Below are positions 47,029-56,547 of a stretch of 64,000 nt of DNA, in pieces. Within the stretch, counting starts at the first letter, position 1. The number at the start of each line of letters is the position of its first letter. The stretch comes from Candidatus Avisuccinivibrio pullicola. Its GTDB lineage: Bacteria; Pseudomonadota; Gammaproteobacteria; Enterobacterales; Succinivibrionaceae. The notes under the pieces were generated by a model, which ran no database searches, was not told the DNA's origin, and saw only the letters and a program-made list of their open reading frames with translations. The translations under genes were made by a program, and so were the position numbers. The stretch lies in the NCBI GenBank assembly GCA_018713485.1, contig DVOQ01000047.1:1386-65385 (forward strand). The letters run 5' to 3'.

Positions 47029-48052
47029 GAAATTTACCGGAAGCTCGCTGATGCTGCCTTTGTGCGCATTAGCGCTGCTCTTACTCTTTAACGCCGTGTT
47101 CGTTGACGACTTCTTCAAGATTTCGGTGATGGATAACGGTAACCTGTACGGCCGTCCCATTGACATTCTGTACCGTGCCTCCTCCTTAATCATCCTCGCT
47201 CTCGGCATGACCTTCGTCATCGCCACCGGCGGCGTGGATATTTCGGTGGGCGCCGTGGTCGCCATCTCGGCTGCCACCTGCTGCCTGATGCTGGGCGGCG
47301 ATGTTTCTGGCGTGCCGGAGCACCCCTTTATCCTCGCCATTCTCGCAGCCTTAGCGATGGGTATCATCGCCGGTATCTGGAACGGTATTCTCGTCGCCAA
47401 ACTGAAGATTCAGGCCATGGTGGCGACCCTCATCCTGATGACGGCCGGCCGCGGTATCGCGCAGCTCCTGACTGACGGTCAGATCATCACCGTGTATTAC
47501 ACGCCCTTTAGCTATATCGGCGGTAATATCCCCGGCGTGATGATCCCCACGGCCATGATTATCGCCTTCCTCATGGTGTGCTTAGTGCTCTTCCTCGATA
47601 AGAAGACCTCGCTCGGCCTCATGATTCAGTCTGTGGGCATTAATCCCACGGCCTCGCATTATGCCGGTGTCAAGGTGACCGCGGTGCTCTTTGCCGTGTA
47701 CATCTTCTCCGGTTTCTGCGCCGGTACCGCGGGCTTAATCGAAAGTTCGCTCATCCGTGCCGCGGACGCCAATAACTGCGGTCTTAACATGGAAATGGAC
47801 GCCATTCTGTCAGTGACCTTAGGCGGTACCCTGATGGTGGGCGGCCGTTACTTCATCGGCGGTACCATCTTAGGCGCCATCACCATTCAGACCCTGACCA
47901 CGACCATGTACGCCGTGGGTGTGCCCGCTGACGCTCTGCCGGCCGTGAAGGCCGTGGTGATCTTAATCATCATCACCATTCAGTCCGAGCGTTTCAAGCA
48001 GATGTACCGTAACTGGAAGTTAAAGAGAAGCGGGGAGGCTGCAAATGTCTAA
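47015..48052 (+). CDS. ytfT: ABC transporter permease YtfT
   Basis: Polytopic CUT2 permease. The start is set at MDMLKKF (ATG 47015), overlapping the ytfR stop by 14 nt; the track start at 46964 lies inside ytfR. Confidence 0.88.
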   Translation: MDMLKKFTGSSLMLPLCALALLLLFNAVFVDDFFKISVMDNGNLYGRPIDILYRASSLIILALGMTFVIATGGVDISVGAVVAISAATCCLMLGGDVSGVPEHPFILAILAALAMGIIAGIWNGILVAKLKIQAMVATLILMTAGRGIAQLLTDGQIITVYYTPFSYIGGNIPGVMIPTAMIIAFLMVCLVLFLDKKTSLGLMIQSVGINPTASHYAGVKVTAVLFAVYIFSGFCAGTAGLIESSLIRAADANNCGLNMEMDAILSVTLGGTLMVGGRYFIGGTILGAITIQTLTTTMYAVGVPADALPAVKAVVILIIITIQSERFKQMYRNWKLKRSGEAANV

Positions 48053-49073
48053 GTTCCTTGGAAATCTCGTTGCATCGCCGCGTTTCTCGTTCTACGTCAC
48101 GGGCGTGCTCTTCATCATCCTCTTTGGCGTGGGTTCCGTGTCCTTTGAGGGTTTCTTCAGCCCGCAGGTATTTTTAAACCTGTTCATTGATAACGCCCCG
48201 CTCATCATCGTGACGGTAGGTATCACCTTCGCCATTATTTCCGGCGGCGGCGGTATCGATCTGTCGGTGGGCTCGGTGGTTGCCTTAACCTGCATGAGCC
48301 TTGCGTACCTGATGCGCGAGACCACGATGAGCATCTATCTGTGCATGTTCCTCGTGCTCTTCATCGGTATCGCGGTGGGCTGGTTAAACGGCTTCCTCAT
48401 TACCTACTTTAAGTTACAGCCGTTTATCGTTACCTTAGGCACCATGTTCCTCTGCCGCGGTCTTACCGCCATCATCTCGCGTGACTCGGTGGCTATCGAC
48501 AATCCCGAGTACGGAGAACTGGCGTTCGTGGCCGTGCCCATTGGCGACTGCTTCCTCTCCATCGGTGCCGTGGTGGCTCTCATCGTGGTGGTGATCGCCA
48601 CCATCGTGCTGCGCTACACCTCCTTTGGCCGCGCCGTGTACGCAATCGGCGGTAACGAGCAGTCCGCCCGCCTCATGGGCTTAAAGGTGGATCGCGTGCG
48701 CACCATGGTGTACGTGATCTCCGGCTTCTGCTCGGCCTTAGGCGGTATCGCCTATTCGCTCATCATGCTTTCAGGCTACGCTCAGCATGGTCTTGGCATG
48801 GAGATGGACGCCATCGCCTCCTCGGTGATCGGCGGCACGCAGCTGATGGGCGGCGTGGGCTTTATCCCTGGCGCTCTCCTGGGCGTGATGATTCAGGGCA
48901 CCATCCTGACCATCATCTCCTTCCAGGGTACCTTATCGGCCTGGTGGACCAAGATCGTGGTCGGTATTCTGCTCTGCCTCTTCATTGTGATGCAGGCTCT
49001 CGTCAATGAGAACAGAAACCGCATCATGCGCCTCAAGGCTGAGCGTATGGGCAAGAAAGGCAAGGCCGCGTAG
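48045..49073 (+). CDS. yjfF: ABC transporter permease YjfF
   Basis: Second CUT2 permease; overlaps the ytfT stop by 8 nt. Confidence 0.88.
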   Translation: MSKFLGNLVASPRFSFYVTGVLFIILFGVGSVSFEGFFSPQVFLNLFIDNAPLIIVTVGITFAIISGGGGIDLSVGSVVALTCMSLAYLMRETTMSIYLCMFLVLFIGIAVGWLNGFLITYFKLQPFIVTLGTMFLCRGLTAIISRDSVAIDNPEYGELAFVAVPIGDCFLSIGAVVALIVVVIATIVLRYTSFGRAVYAIGGNEQSARLMGLKVDRVRTMVYVISGFCSALGGIAYSLIMLSGYAQHGLGMEMDAIASSVIGGTQLMGGVGFIPGALLGVMIQGTILTIISFQGTLSAWWTKIVVGILLCLFIVMQALVNENRNRIMRLKAERMGKKGKAA

Positions 49074-49158
49074 GCTTTTAAAGGTAGTGACTTTACGCAA
49101 GCTCCCTGGGGACTCCCCGGGGATCCTCTTTAACTGAAGGTTTTTAAAAGGTAATTTC

Positions 49159-50736
49159 ATGACCATTAATTTAGAGAAAGCCAGCATTGGCATCGAGTTC
49201 GGCTCTACCCGTATCAAGGCCGTGCTGATTGATGAGAATCACTTACCGGTAGCCCAGGGCAATCATGACTGGGAAAACCGTCTCGAAAACGGCCTCTGGA
49301 CGTATTCTCTGGAGGATATCTGGGGCGGTCTGCAGCACTGCTACGCTGAGCTCTGCAAGGATGTGAAGGAAAAGTTCGGCCTCGAGATCCGCAAGGTAGC
49401 CGGCATTGGCTTCTCGGCCATGATGCACGGCTATATGGCCTTTGATAAGGACGACAACCTGCTCGTGCCCTTCCGCACGTGGCGTAACACCAATACCCGT
49501 GCCGCTTCCGAGGAGTTAACTGAGCTGTTAGGTTTCAACATCCCCGAGCGCTGGTCCATCTCCCATTACTATCAGTGCATCATCGGCAAGGAGCCGCATG
49601 TGCCGTCCGTGGCTTTCTTCACCACGCTCGCAGGCTACATCCATTACTCCTTAACCGGTGAAAAGGTCTTAGGCGTGGGCGATGCCGCGGGTATGTTCCC
49701 CATTGACTCCGTGACCCACGATTACGACGCTGCCATGCTCGCCAAGTTCAACGCGCATGTGAAGAAGTACGGCATTGACGGTGACGTCAAGACCTTAATG
49801 CCGAAGGTCTTATGCGCGGGGCAGCACGCCGGTACCTTAACCGCAAAGGGCGCAAAGCTTCTCGATCCCACCGGCACCTTAGAGGCCGGCATTCCGCTGT
49901 GCCCGCCTGAGGGTGACGCCGGTACCGGTATGGTCGCGACTAATGCCGTGCGCGTGCGCACCGGTAACGTCTCGGCCGGCACTTCGATCTTCGCCATGGT
50001 GGTGTTAGAGAAGGCCCTGGCTCATCTGCACCGTGAGATCGACATGGTCACCACGCCGGACGGCTACCCGGTCGCCATGGTGCACGCTAACAACTGCACC
50101 TCCGATCTCAACGCGTGGGTGGGACTTTTCAACGAGTTCCAGAAGGCCGCCGGTCTTAACATGGACATGAACGCGCTCTTTGGCCTCCTGTATAACAAGG
50201 CCCTGGAGGGTGACGCCGACTGCGGCGGCTTAATGTCCTACGGCTATTTCTCGGGCGAGTTCATCACCGGTATGGCCGAGGGCCGTCCGCTCTTCATGCG
50301 TCTGCCCAACGCTAAGTTCACTCTGGCCAACTTCATGCGCACGCACCTGTATACCGCTTTAGGTGCCGTGAAGATCGGCATGGATATCCTCACCAAGGAA
50401 GAGCAGGTTAAGATCGATCGTCTCTTAGGTCACGGTGGTCTCTTCAAGACTAAGGGCGTGGGTCAGAAGATCATGGCCGATGCCTTAAATGCTCCTGTAT
50501 CGGTCATGGAGACGGCCGGTGAGGGCGGCGCGTGGGGTATCGCGGTGTTAGCTGCCTACAACGCCAACAGCGAAGGTCTTGCTCTGCCCGATTACCTCGA
50601 CAAGAAGGTCTTCGCCACGGCTAAGGGCTCGACCATCGCTCCTACCGCCGCAGACGTCGAGGGTTACGAGCGCTTTATCGAGGGCTATAAGTCCGGCATC
50701 AAGGCCGAGGCTGCTGCTGTCGAGAGCTTTAAGTAA
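49159..50736 (+). CDS. FGGY-family carbohydrate kinase, probably L-ribulokinase (non-AraB type)
   Basis: N-terminal [18 protein letters not shown] (actin-like ATPase phosphate-1), a C-terminal GHGGLF and GEGGAWG, and context with araA/araD and an arabinofuranose-type importer. Confidence 0.75.
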   Translation: MTINLEKASIGIEFGSTRIKAVLIDENHLPVAQGNHDWENRLENGLWTYSLEDIWGGLQHCYAELCKDVKEKFGLEIRKVAGIGFSAMMHGYMAFDKDDNLLVPFRTWRNTNTRAASEELTELLGFNIPERWSISHYYQCIIGKEPHVPSVAFFTTLAGYIHYSLTGEKVLGVGDAAGMFPIDSVTHDYDAAMLAKFNAHVKKYGIDGDVKTLMPKVLCAGQHAGTLTAKGAKLLDPTGTLEAGIPLCPPEGDAGTGMVATNAVRVRTGNVSAGTSIFAMVVLEKALAHLHREIDMVTTPDGYPVAMVHANNCTSDLNAWVGLFNEFQKAAGLNMDMNALFGLLYNKALEGDADCGGLMSYGYFSGEFITGMAEGRPLFMRLPNAKFTLANFMRTHLYTALGAVKIGMDILTKEEQVKIDRLLGHGGLFKTKGVGQKIMADALNAPVSVMETAGEGGAWGIAVLAAYNANSEGLALPDYLDKKVFATAKGSTIAPTAADVEGYERFIEGYKSGIKAEAAAVESFK

Positions 50737-50765
50737 GTTCTGATTTTCCTCCTACACAAGGTGAA

Positions 50766-50790
50766 GCCTCCGCCTTACGCGGGGGCTTTT
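50766..50790 (+). terminator. Rho-independent terminator after the kinase gene
   Basis: GCCTCCGC-CTTAC-GCGGGGGC followed by TTTT. Confidence 0.65.
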
Positions 50791-51051
50791 CTGTCTCTGT
50801 CTCCCCGCTTTGGTCCGTGGCCGTGGCGGAACGCTTTTTCCATGCCGCCTCAGGTGCGGTCCGTGAAAACCGCACTTGTATACTGCTTACCTGTTCTTCT
50901 GTAAACAGATTGTAAAATGACTGTCAAGCTGATTTTTTCAAAAATGTGAGCTAAGCTAGAAATTTTTTTAAAAATTTTGATCGCTATCGCAGAAAAAATG
51001 CGATAATGATCACAGTTCTAAATCAGTGGAGGCAGAAATATCTGTTAGAGC

Positions 51052-51162
51052 ATGCGTAAACTTAAGAGCACTCTGGCTTACATCAAGACCGTGGTGGTAA
51101 ACAACTGCCCTGCCGCCTGCTATGGCGAGGGGATCATAAAATTACTGGCCCTGTGGCTCTAG
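51052..51162 (+). CDS. Short ORF A (36 aa) with a signal-peptide-like N-terminus paralogous to the downstream binding-protein start
   Basis: MRKLKSTLAYIKTVVVNNCPAACYGEGIIKLLALWL, read by hand. GGAGG lies about 20 nt upstream, which is loose spacing. Confidence 0.3.
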   Translation: MRKLKSTLAYIKTVVVNNCPAACYGEGIIKLLALWL

Positions 51163-51196
51163 TTTAATCAGGCTAAATCGCAAGGAGGTTTAAGCC

Positions 51197-51298
51197 ATGC
51201 GCAAGTTCAGAAATACCCTGGCTTCAGTGCTGTCCGTCTTAATGGTCCGTGACGAACAGACGGCCCTGGCCCTGAAGCTTCCCGCTCTCTTTCTTTAA
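51197..51298 (+). CDS. Short ORF B (33 aa), paralogous to ORF A and to the MglB-like start
   Basis: MRKFRNTLASVLSVLMVRDEQTALALKLPALFL, preceded by AATCGCAAGGAGG. That mirrors AATCGCTAAAGGAGG in front of the 51414 gene. Confidence 0.4.
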   Translation: MRKFRNTLASVLSVLMVRDEQTALALKLPALFL

Positions 51299-51413
51299 AA
51301 CACAGAGAGCCGCGGTTGCGGAACAGTTTATCGTGCGGGCACTGAGTGACGAACAGACTCAGGAGAAGGTCCCGCCGTCAGGTTTTAATCGCTAAAGGAG
51401 GCATCAGTCATCC

Positions 51414-52463
51414 ATGCGTAATCTGTATAAAACCGCCTTAGTGGCCGTCGTGGCCGTGTTAGGCTTCAGAATGGCGGCCACCGCCGATGCCGTGACGGCT
51501 ACGGAGGTAACTCCTGCGGTCAATAAGGCGGGAGTCTTTTACTACAGCCTCAATGATCTCTTCGTAAACTCCTTATCCGCGCAGATCCGCTCTGAGGCAC
51601 AGGCACAGGAACTGGAGCTTGCCGAGTATGACGCCGAGAACGATTTACTCCGGCAGCTCTCGCAGGTACGTAACTTCCTGACCGTGTACCGCGGCCAGGC
51701 TCTGATGGTCAATCCCGTTGACGCCCAGAACGGCGAAGCGGTGTTAAGAGCGGCCCGTAAAGCTAACGTTCCGGTGATCTTCTTTAACCGCCGTCCCTCA
51801 CAGGGAGCCCTCGACACGTATAACAAGGCCTGGTACGTGGGCAGCAATCCTGAGCTCTCGGGACTTTATCAGGCACAGATCCTCACCGATTATCTCGAAA
51901 ACAACATCAACTGGGATAAAAACGGCAACGGTAAGCTCGATTATCTGCTCATTAAGGGCGAGCGCAATCACGCTGATACTCAGGGACGCTCGGCGGCCTT
52001 CCGCGAGGGCATGCGCGCGGCAGGCTATGAGCTTAACGCCCTTGATGTCGCCTACGCCGATTTCAGCTATGCGAGGGCTGTCAGATACCTGCAGAACTAT
52101 CTTGCCGGACATGACATCGGAGAGATTGAGGCGGTGGTCTGCAATAACGACGCCATGGCTTTAGGTATCATCGACGAGCTGCAGCACCGCGGCTATAACG
52201 AAGGAGACGGCTCGCGCTACATCCCCGTGGTCGGCATTGATGCCACGGAAAAGGCTCTTAACGCGGTTAAGGACGGTTCCATGGTCGGTACGGTGTATAA
52301 CAACGCTCCCGCCGTCGCCCGCACCGTCGTCAGACTCACCTCGCTGTTAACGCGCGGAGAAGAGGTTAACGTGAAAAGCTTAGGCATGCCGGTTTCAGGG
52401 CGTCAGGTGATGGTGCCTTACGTGAAGGTGACCCTCGCTAACGTGGGCAGCCTGAGACGCTGA
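51414..52463 (+). CDS. MglB-like galactose/glucose-binding periplasmic protein (orphan; no mglAC adjacent)
   Basis: Collinear with E. coli MglB: VPV.FFN..PS..AL..Y.KA.YVG, W D.N.NG...Y.L.KGE..H.D, NNDAMA.G. Confidence 0.85.
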   Translation: MRNLYKTALVAVVAVLGFRMAATADAVTATEVTPAVNKAGVFYYSLNDLFVNSLSAQIRSEAQAQELELAEYDAENDLLRQLSQVRNFLTVYRGQALMVNPVDAQNGEAVLRAARKANVPVIFFNRRPSQGALDTYNKAWYVGSNPELSGLYQAQILTDYLENNINWDKNGNGKLDYLLIKGERNHADTQGRSAAFREGMRAAGYELNALDVAYADFSYARAVRYLQNYLAGHDIGEIEAVVCNNDAMALGIIDELQHRGYNEGDGSRYIPVVGIDATEKALNAVKDGSMVGTVYNNAPAVARTVVRLTSLLTRGEEVNVKSLGMPVSGRQVMVPYVKVTLANVGSLRR

Positions 52464-52502
52464 AGAATTAATCCTCATGTTGTAAAGTAACTAACCTTGT
52501 CC

Positions 52503-52534
52503 AAGGCCTCCTTCGGGGGGCCTTAATTTTTTTT
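52503..52534 (+). terminator. Rho-independent terminator after the MglB-like gene
   Basis: AAGGCCTCC-TTCG-GGGGGCCTT followed by AATTTTTTTT. Confidence 0.7.
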
Positions 52535-52614
52535 GAGGCAGGGCAGGAAAGAACCCTAAAAGATGAGGGCGGCAAAAGCCGCCCCCGTGTTCAAACAGCG
52601 GTTACTCAAAAAGC

Positions 52615-53325
52615 TTAGCGCTTGACGGCCTGGCCGTAGTAGGCGTTCTTGCCGTGCTTTCTTAAATAGTGCTTGTCTAAAAGCGTCTGCTGCATGGGAT
52701 CGATCTTGCCGCCGCGGAGCATGAGGCTGTGGAAGGCCATAAAGGCTAATTCCTCTAAGACCACGGCGTTGTGGACGGCGTTGTCAGGAGAAGTACCCCA
52801 GGTGAAGGGACCGTGAGAGTGAACGATCACGGCGGGAACATCCTTCATGGGGACATTGCGGTTCTTAAAGGTCTCCACGATCACCTTGCCGGTCTCGGCC
52901 TCGTAGGAGCCGTTGATCTCGTCATCAGTCATCATGCGGGTGCAGGGTACAGGACCGTAGAAGTAATCGGCACCGGTGGTACCTAAGGCGGGGATATCCA
53001 TACCGGCCTGAGCCCAGGAAGCGGCGTAGCGGCTGTGGGTGTGCACCACGCCCATGATGTCCTCGCAGGCACGGTACAGCTCAAGGTGCGTGTCAGTGTC
53101 GGTGGAGGGATTGAGATCGCCTTCCACTTTCTTGCCGGTCTCCAGATCCACCACGACCATGTCGCTGGCCTTCATGGTGTCATACTCCACTCCGGAGGGT
53201 TTGATGACCATGAGGCCTTCCTTGCGATCGATACCCGAGACATTACCCCAGGTGAAGGTGACCAGGTTGTACTTGGGCAGGAGCAGGTTGGCTCTGAAAA
53301 CTTCTTCCTTAAGTGCTTCTAACAT
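52615..53325 (-). CDS. araD: L-ribulose-5-phosphate 4-epimerase
   Basis: [25 protein letters not shown] and HGPFTWG. Confidence 0.93.
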   Translation of the reverse strand: MLEALKEEVFRANLLLPKYNLVTFTWGNVSGIDRKEGLMVIKPSGVEYDTMKASDMVVVDLETGKKVEGDLNPSTDTDTHLELYRACEDIMGVVHTHSRYAASWAQAGMDIPALGTTGADYFYGPVPCTRMMTDDEINGSYEAETGKVIVETFKNRNVPMKDVPAVIVHSHGPFTWGTSPDNAVHNAVVLEELAFMAFHSLMLRGGKIDPMQQTLLDKHYLRKHGKNAYYGQAVKR

Positions 53326-53351
53326 GACAAAAACCTCTTTGCAAAAAGTGC

Positions 53352-53367
53352 CGTAAACGGTTTCGGA
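53352..53367. promoter_or_regulatory. Operator-like site CCGTAAACGGTTTCGG upstream of araD
   Basis: CGTAAAC / GTTTCGG arms with one extra central base, 27 nt upstream of the araD ATG. This is weaker than the other sites. Confidence 0.3.
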
Positions 53368-53476
53368 ACAGGGTTATGATAAAGCCTAAACAGGGCGTCT
53401 TTAAGCACTTTTTGGCAAGAATTAGACCTGCAACACATTTTGCGATGATTTGTGGGAAAGGATTGCGGAAATCCCT

Positions 53477-54220
53477 TTAGCCATTTAAAAGCAGTGCGCC
53501 GCGCAGATCGCCCGTCCGCAGAAGAAAGAGGGGCAGAGGCAGTTTAAAGCGGTGTTCCCCCTGCAGGCGTGCCGTGAGGGCGTTGAGGGTGAGGGGCGGG
53601 GTGCTCTCAAGTGTCAGTGCCTCAGGGAGCTGAGAGTCAGGGACCGCGGCGTTACGGGCCAGAGCGCACAGCGCCGTGACCGCGTCCTCAAGGGTCACGT
53701 AGGGCACGTGATGCGTCCCCGGGATAAAGGTAAGGGGCGGGAGCTTTCTGAAAATACGGGTGATGGCGGCATCCTCAGAAAGGATGATGCCGGGGCGCAG
53801 GGCGGTAACGGGGACCGGTCCCATGAGGGCGCGGCATTGCGTCTCTAATGTCAGGGCAAAGCGCTTCAGGGGAGAGTCCGTACTTAAAAGGGCACTGTAG
53901 CCTGAACCCTGCACGAGGGCGACGGGCGCGGGGCAGAGCGCTTTTAGGTGCCGTACACAGTCAAGACGGGATTGAAGACACTTATCAAGGCGCTTTAAGG
54001 TAAGGCGGCGCGCCCCGAGGCTTTCCCCCGCGAAATTAAAGATAAGCGCTCCCCCGGGCAGCGGGCCTGCGTAATCCTGAATCAGAACGTCCGTTCCCTT
54101 AAAGAGCGACGTGGCCCGCCTGACATCACGCGAGAGCACATAGACTCTAAATTCACTTACCAGGCGCAGAGCGAGGGCCTGGCCCAGAAGTCCGGTACCG
54201 CCGGCGATCACGATATCCAT
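53477..54220 (-). CDS. Divergent NAD(P)-binding epimerase-family protein (YfcH/TIGR01777-like)
   Basis: N-terminal Rossmann motif VIAGGTGLLG and loose collinearity with E. coli YfcH; short at 247 aa. Confidence 0.5.
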   Translation of the reverse strand: MDIVIAGGTGLLGQALALRLVSEFRVYVLSRDVRRATSLFKGTDVLIQDYAGPLPGGALIFNFAGESLGARRLTLKRLDKCLQSRLDCVRHLKALCPAPVALVQGSGYSALLSTDSPLKRFALTLETQCRALMGPVPVTALRPGIILSEDAAITRIFRKLPPLTFIPGTHHVPYVTLEDAVTALCALARNAAVPDSQLPEALTLESTPPLTLNALTARLQGEHRFKLPLPLFLLRTGDLRGALLLNG

Positions 54221-54235
54221 AGTTTCTCCGGGTAC

Positions 54236-54259
54236 AAAAAACCCGCCTTACGGCGGGTT
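54236..54259 (-). terminator. Rho-independent terminator after pta
   Basis: The minus strand reads AACCCGCC-GTAA-GGCGGGTT followed by TTTTTG. Confidence 0.75.
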
Positions 54260-54275
54260 ATTGAGCTTTAAGCCA

Positions 54276-56255
54276 TTAAGCCTGGGTGGCCTGAATGGCG
54301 GTAATGGCGATGGTGTAGATGATGTCATCGACCAGCGCGCCGCGGGAGAGATCGTTCACCGGCTTTCTCATGCCCTGGAGCATGGGGCCGATGGAAACGA
54401 GGTTGGCGGAACGCTGCACGGCTTTGTACACGGTGTTGCCGGTCTCAAGGCTCGGGAAGATGAACACGGTGGCCTTACCGGCGACCGGTGAGTTCGGGGC
54501 CTTCTGGGCTGCGACATCGGGCATTACGGCGGCGTCATACTGTAACGGACCGTCGATGTTGAGATCAGGACGCTTCTCTTTGGCGATGCGGGTGGCCTCG
54601 ACCACGGCGTCTACGTCCGGACCCTTGCCTGACGTGCCGGTGGAGTAGGTAACCATGGCCACGCGCGGATCAATGCCGAAGGTTTTGGCGGTATCGGCGG
54701 ACTGAATGGCGATCTCGGCTAACTCCTCAGGTTTGGGGTTAGGATTGATGGCGCAGTCACCGAAGACATAGACCTGCTCGGGCATGAGCATGAAGAACAC
54801 CGAGGACACTAAGGAAGCGCCGGGGGCGGTCTTGATGATCTGTAAGGGCGGACGGATGGTGTTGGCGGTGGTGTGCACGGCGCCGGACACTAAGCCGTCA
54901 ACTTCGTTGCGCTCGATCATCATGGTGGCGAGCACCACGTTGTCCTGCAGCATGTCGCGGGCCTGCTCGGGGGTAAGACCCTTCTTCTTGCGCAGCTCCA
55001 CTAAGCGGTCAACGTAGTTTTCACGCACCGCCTCGGGATCGACGAACTCGACGCCCTCACCTAAGGTGACACCCTTCTCGGCGGCGACCTTTAAGATCTC
55101 GTCCTTCTTACCGAAGAGCACCGGCACAGCGATACCCTGAGCGGCTACCTCAGCGGCGGCGCACACGGTACGCGGCTCATCACCCTCCGGAAGGGCAATG
55201 CGCTTGTGGGCGGCGCGGGCTAACTCGGTTAACTTGTAACGGAAGGAGGCGGGGCTCATTAAGGGGATGCGATCCTCCTCATGGGAGAGCTCGTCAAGTA
55301 AGGCGGCATCAAAGCAGGGAGCGGCGTGCTCGGCGGCTTTGGCGGCGCGCTTCTCGTCATCGGGAGCTAAGAGCGCGGGAATGGCGTTTAAGGCCTCTAA
55401 GGTGCCTAAGACGCACTTGTCGGTGGTGATCACGGACTTGCCGGAGAGATCAGCGGTGGCACCCTTGGTCAGCACCACGACGGAAGCGGCGGTCTCGGCG
55501 GCCTCGCGGGCGATGAGCAGATCATGCTCGCCGGCGCACCTGGGGCATAAGGCGATGCCGGTGACGCGGGCGTCGGGATCACCCTTGACCTCAGCGCCTA
55601 ACACGTAGGCAATGTCTTTGGCGCGCAGCTCGTAGCAGCACGGGCAGTAGGGAATGGTGGCGATGATCTTCTCTAAGGCGGGCTTAACATCCTTCTTCTG
55701 GCAGGCGCAGCTTCCCTCTTCGCAACCGCAGTCGCCTTCACCGGCTAACACTAACTTGCGCTGATGCTTGGCGCTGCGCGGAGCGTCGGCGTTTAAGACG
55801 ATGTTGCCTAAGAAACGGGTCTTAGCGGCATTACCAAAGTAGCCTAAGGTGATTTCGTTCTGGGCCTTGGCGTTGGGGCAGCAACCGGCATTGACCACGA
55901 CGAGATTGGCATCCAGGGCGTGGCAGATGGCGGCATTGACTTCGTCCTGGCTGAAACGGTCAGTCACGACGCCTTCCACGACCACCACGGCCGGATCCTG
56001 GGCCTTCTTTAAGGCGTAGAAATTGGCTAACACCTTCTCCACTAACTCGGTCTTCTTACCCTGAGCTAACAGCTTCACCGCTTTCTGCTCAGGAATGCTG
56101 AAAGTGGAGCAGCCGCCCTCGCAGGGGCAGGTGGAGATGGGGGTAAAGAGGATGGCTTTGACGCCCTTGTCGCAAAGAGCTTTGACAAGGCCTCTGGAGG
56201 CCGGGAAGATACCGACAGAAGCAGCTGTCGGAGCAAGCATTACTGAGCGGGTCAC
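54276..56255 (-). CDS. pta: Phosphate acetyltransferase (long form with an N-terminal regulatory domain)
   Basis: C-terminal PTA_PTB core (RIALPEGDEPR, LVSGAVHTTANTIRP, GDCAINPNP, SLETGNTVYK). Confidence 0.9.
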   Translation of the reverse strand: MTRSVMLAPTAASVGIFPASRGLVKALCDKGVKAILFTPISTCPCEGGCSTFSIPEQKAVKLLAQGKKTELVEKVLANFYALKKAQDPAVVVVEGVVTDRFSQDEVNAAICHALDANLVVVNAGCCPNAKAQNEITLGYFGNAAKTRFLGNIVLNADAPRSAKHQRKLVLAGEGDCGCEEGSCACQKKDVKPALEKIIATIPYCPCCYELRAKDIAYVLGAEVKGDPDARVTGIALCPRCAGEHDLLIAREAAETAASVVVLTKGATADLSGKSVITTDKCVLGTLEALNAIPALLAPDDEKRAAKAAEHAAPCFDAALLDELSHEEDRIPLMSPASFRYKLTELARAAHKRIALPEGDEPRTVCAAAEVAAQGIAVPVLFGKKDEILKVAAEKGVTLGEGVEFVDPEAVRENYVDRLVELRKKKGLTPEQARDMLQDNVVLATMMIERNEVDGLVSGAVHTTANTIRPPLQIIKTAPGASLVSSVFFMLMPEQVYVFGDCAINPNPKPEELAEIAIQSADTAKTFGIDPRVAMVTYSTGTSGKGPDVDAVVEATRIAKEKRPDLNIDGPLQYDAAVMPDVAAQKAPNSPVAGKATVFIFPSLETGNTVYKAVQRSANLVSIGPMLQGMRKPVNDLSRGALVDDIIYTIAITAIQATQA

Positions 56256-56547
56256 TGTGCTCTCCCTTGTTGTTTAACTTTAAATCCTGGTTGTGGCAGA
56301 TCTCTCTCTCTGCCTTCGTGCAAAATTTTACTCCATAAAAAGGTCCCGTGCAGGGATCGCGTTAGCGTAACGCGCAAAAATTTCTCAATAAGGTGGAGTA
56401 AAACTCCAAAACAGTCCGCCGGAGCTGGTTTTCTGGGAAGCAGGGCTCCTTGAGGCTTAGCTGAAGGAGGCTGTGCAGAGGCTGACTTTCGGGTACAATG
56501 CGCAAAAAAAGCGCTAAGTTTGTGGAGTGATGATAAGGACTTGCGAC

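Noticed and set aside
56357-56373. Palindrome CGCGTTA-GCG-TAACGCG upstream of pta as an operator
   Set aside because: The arms are perfect 7-bp repeats, but this is a single occurrence in GC-rich DNA with no known cognate regulator. It is noted and not called.
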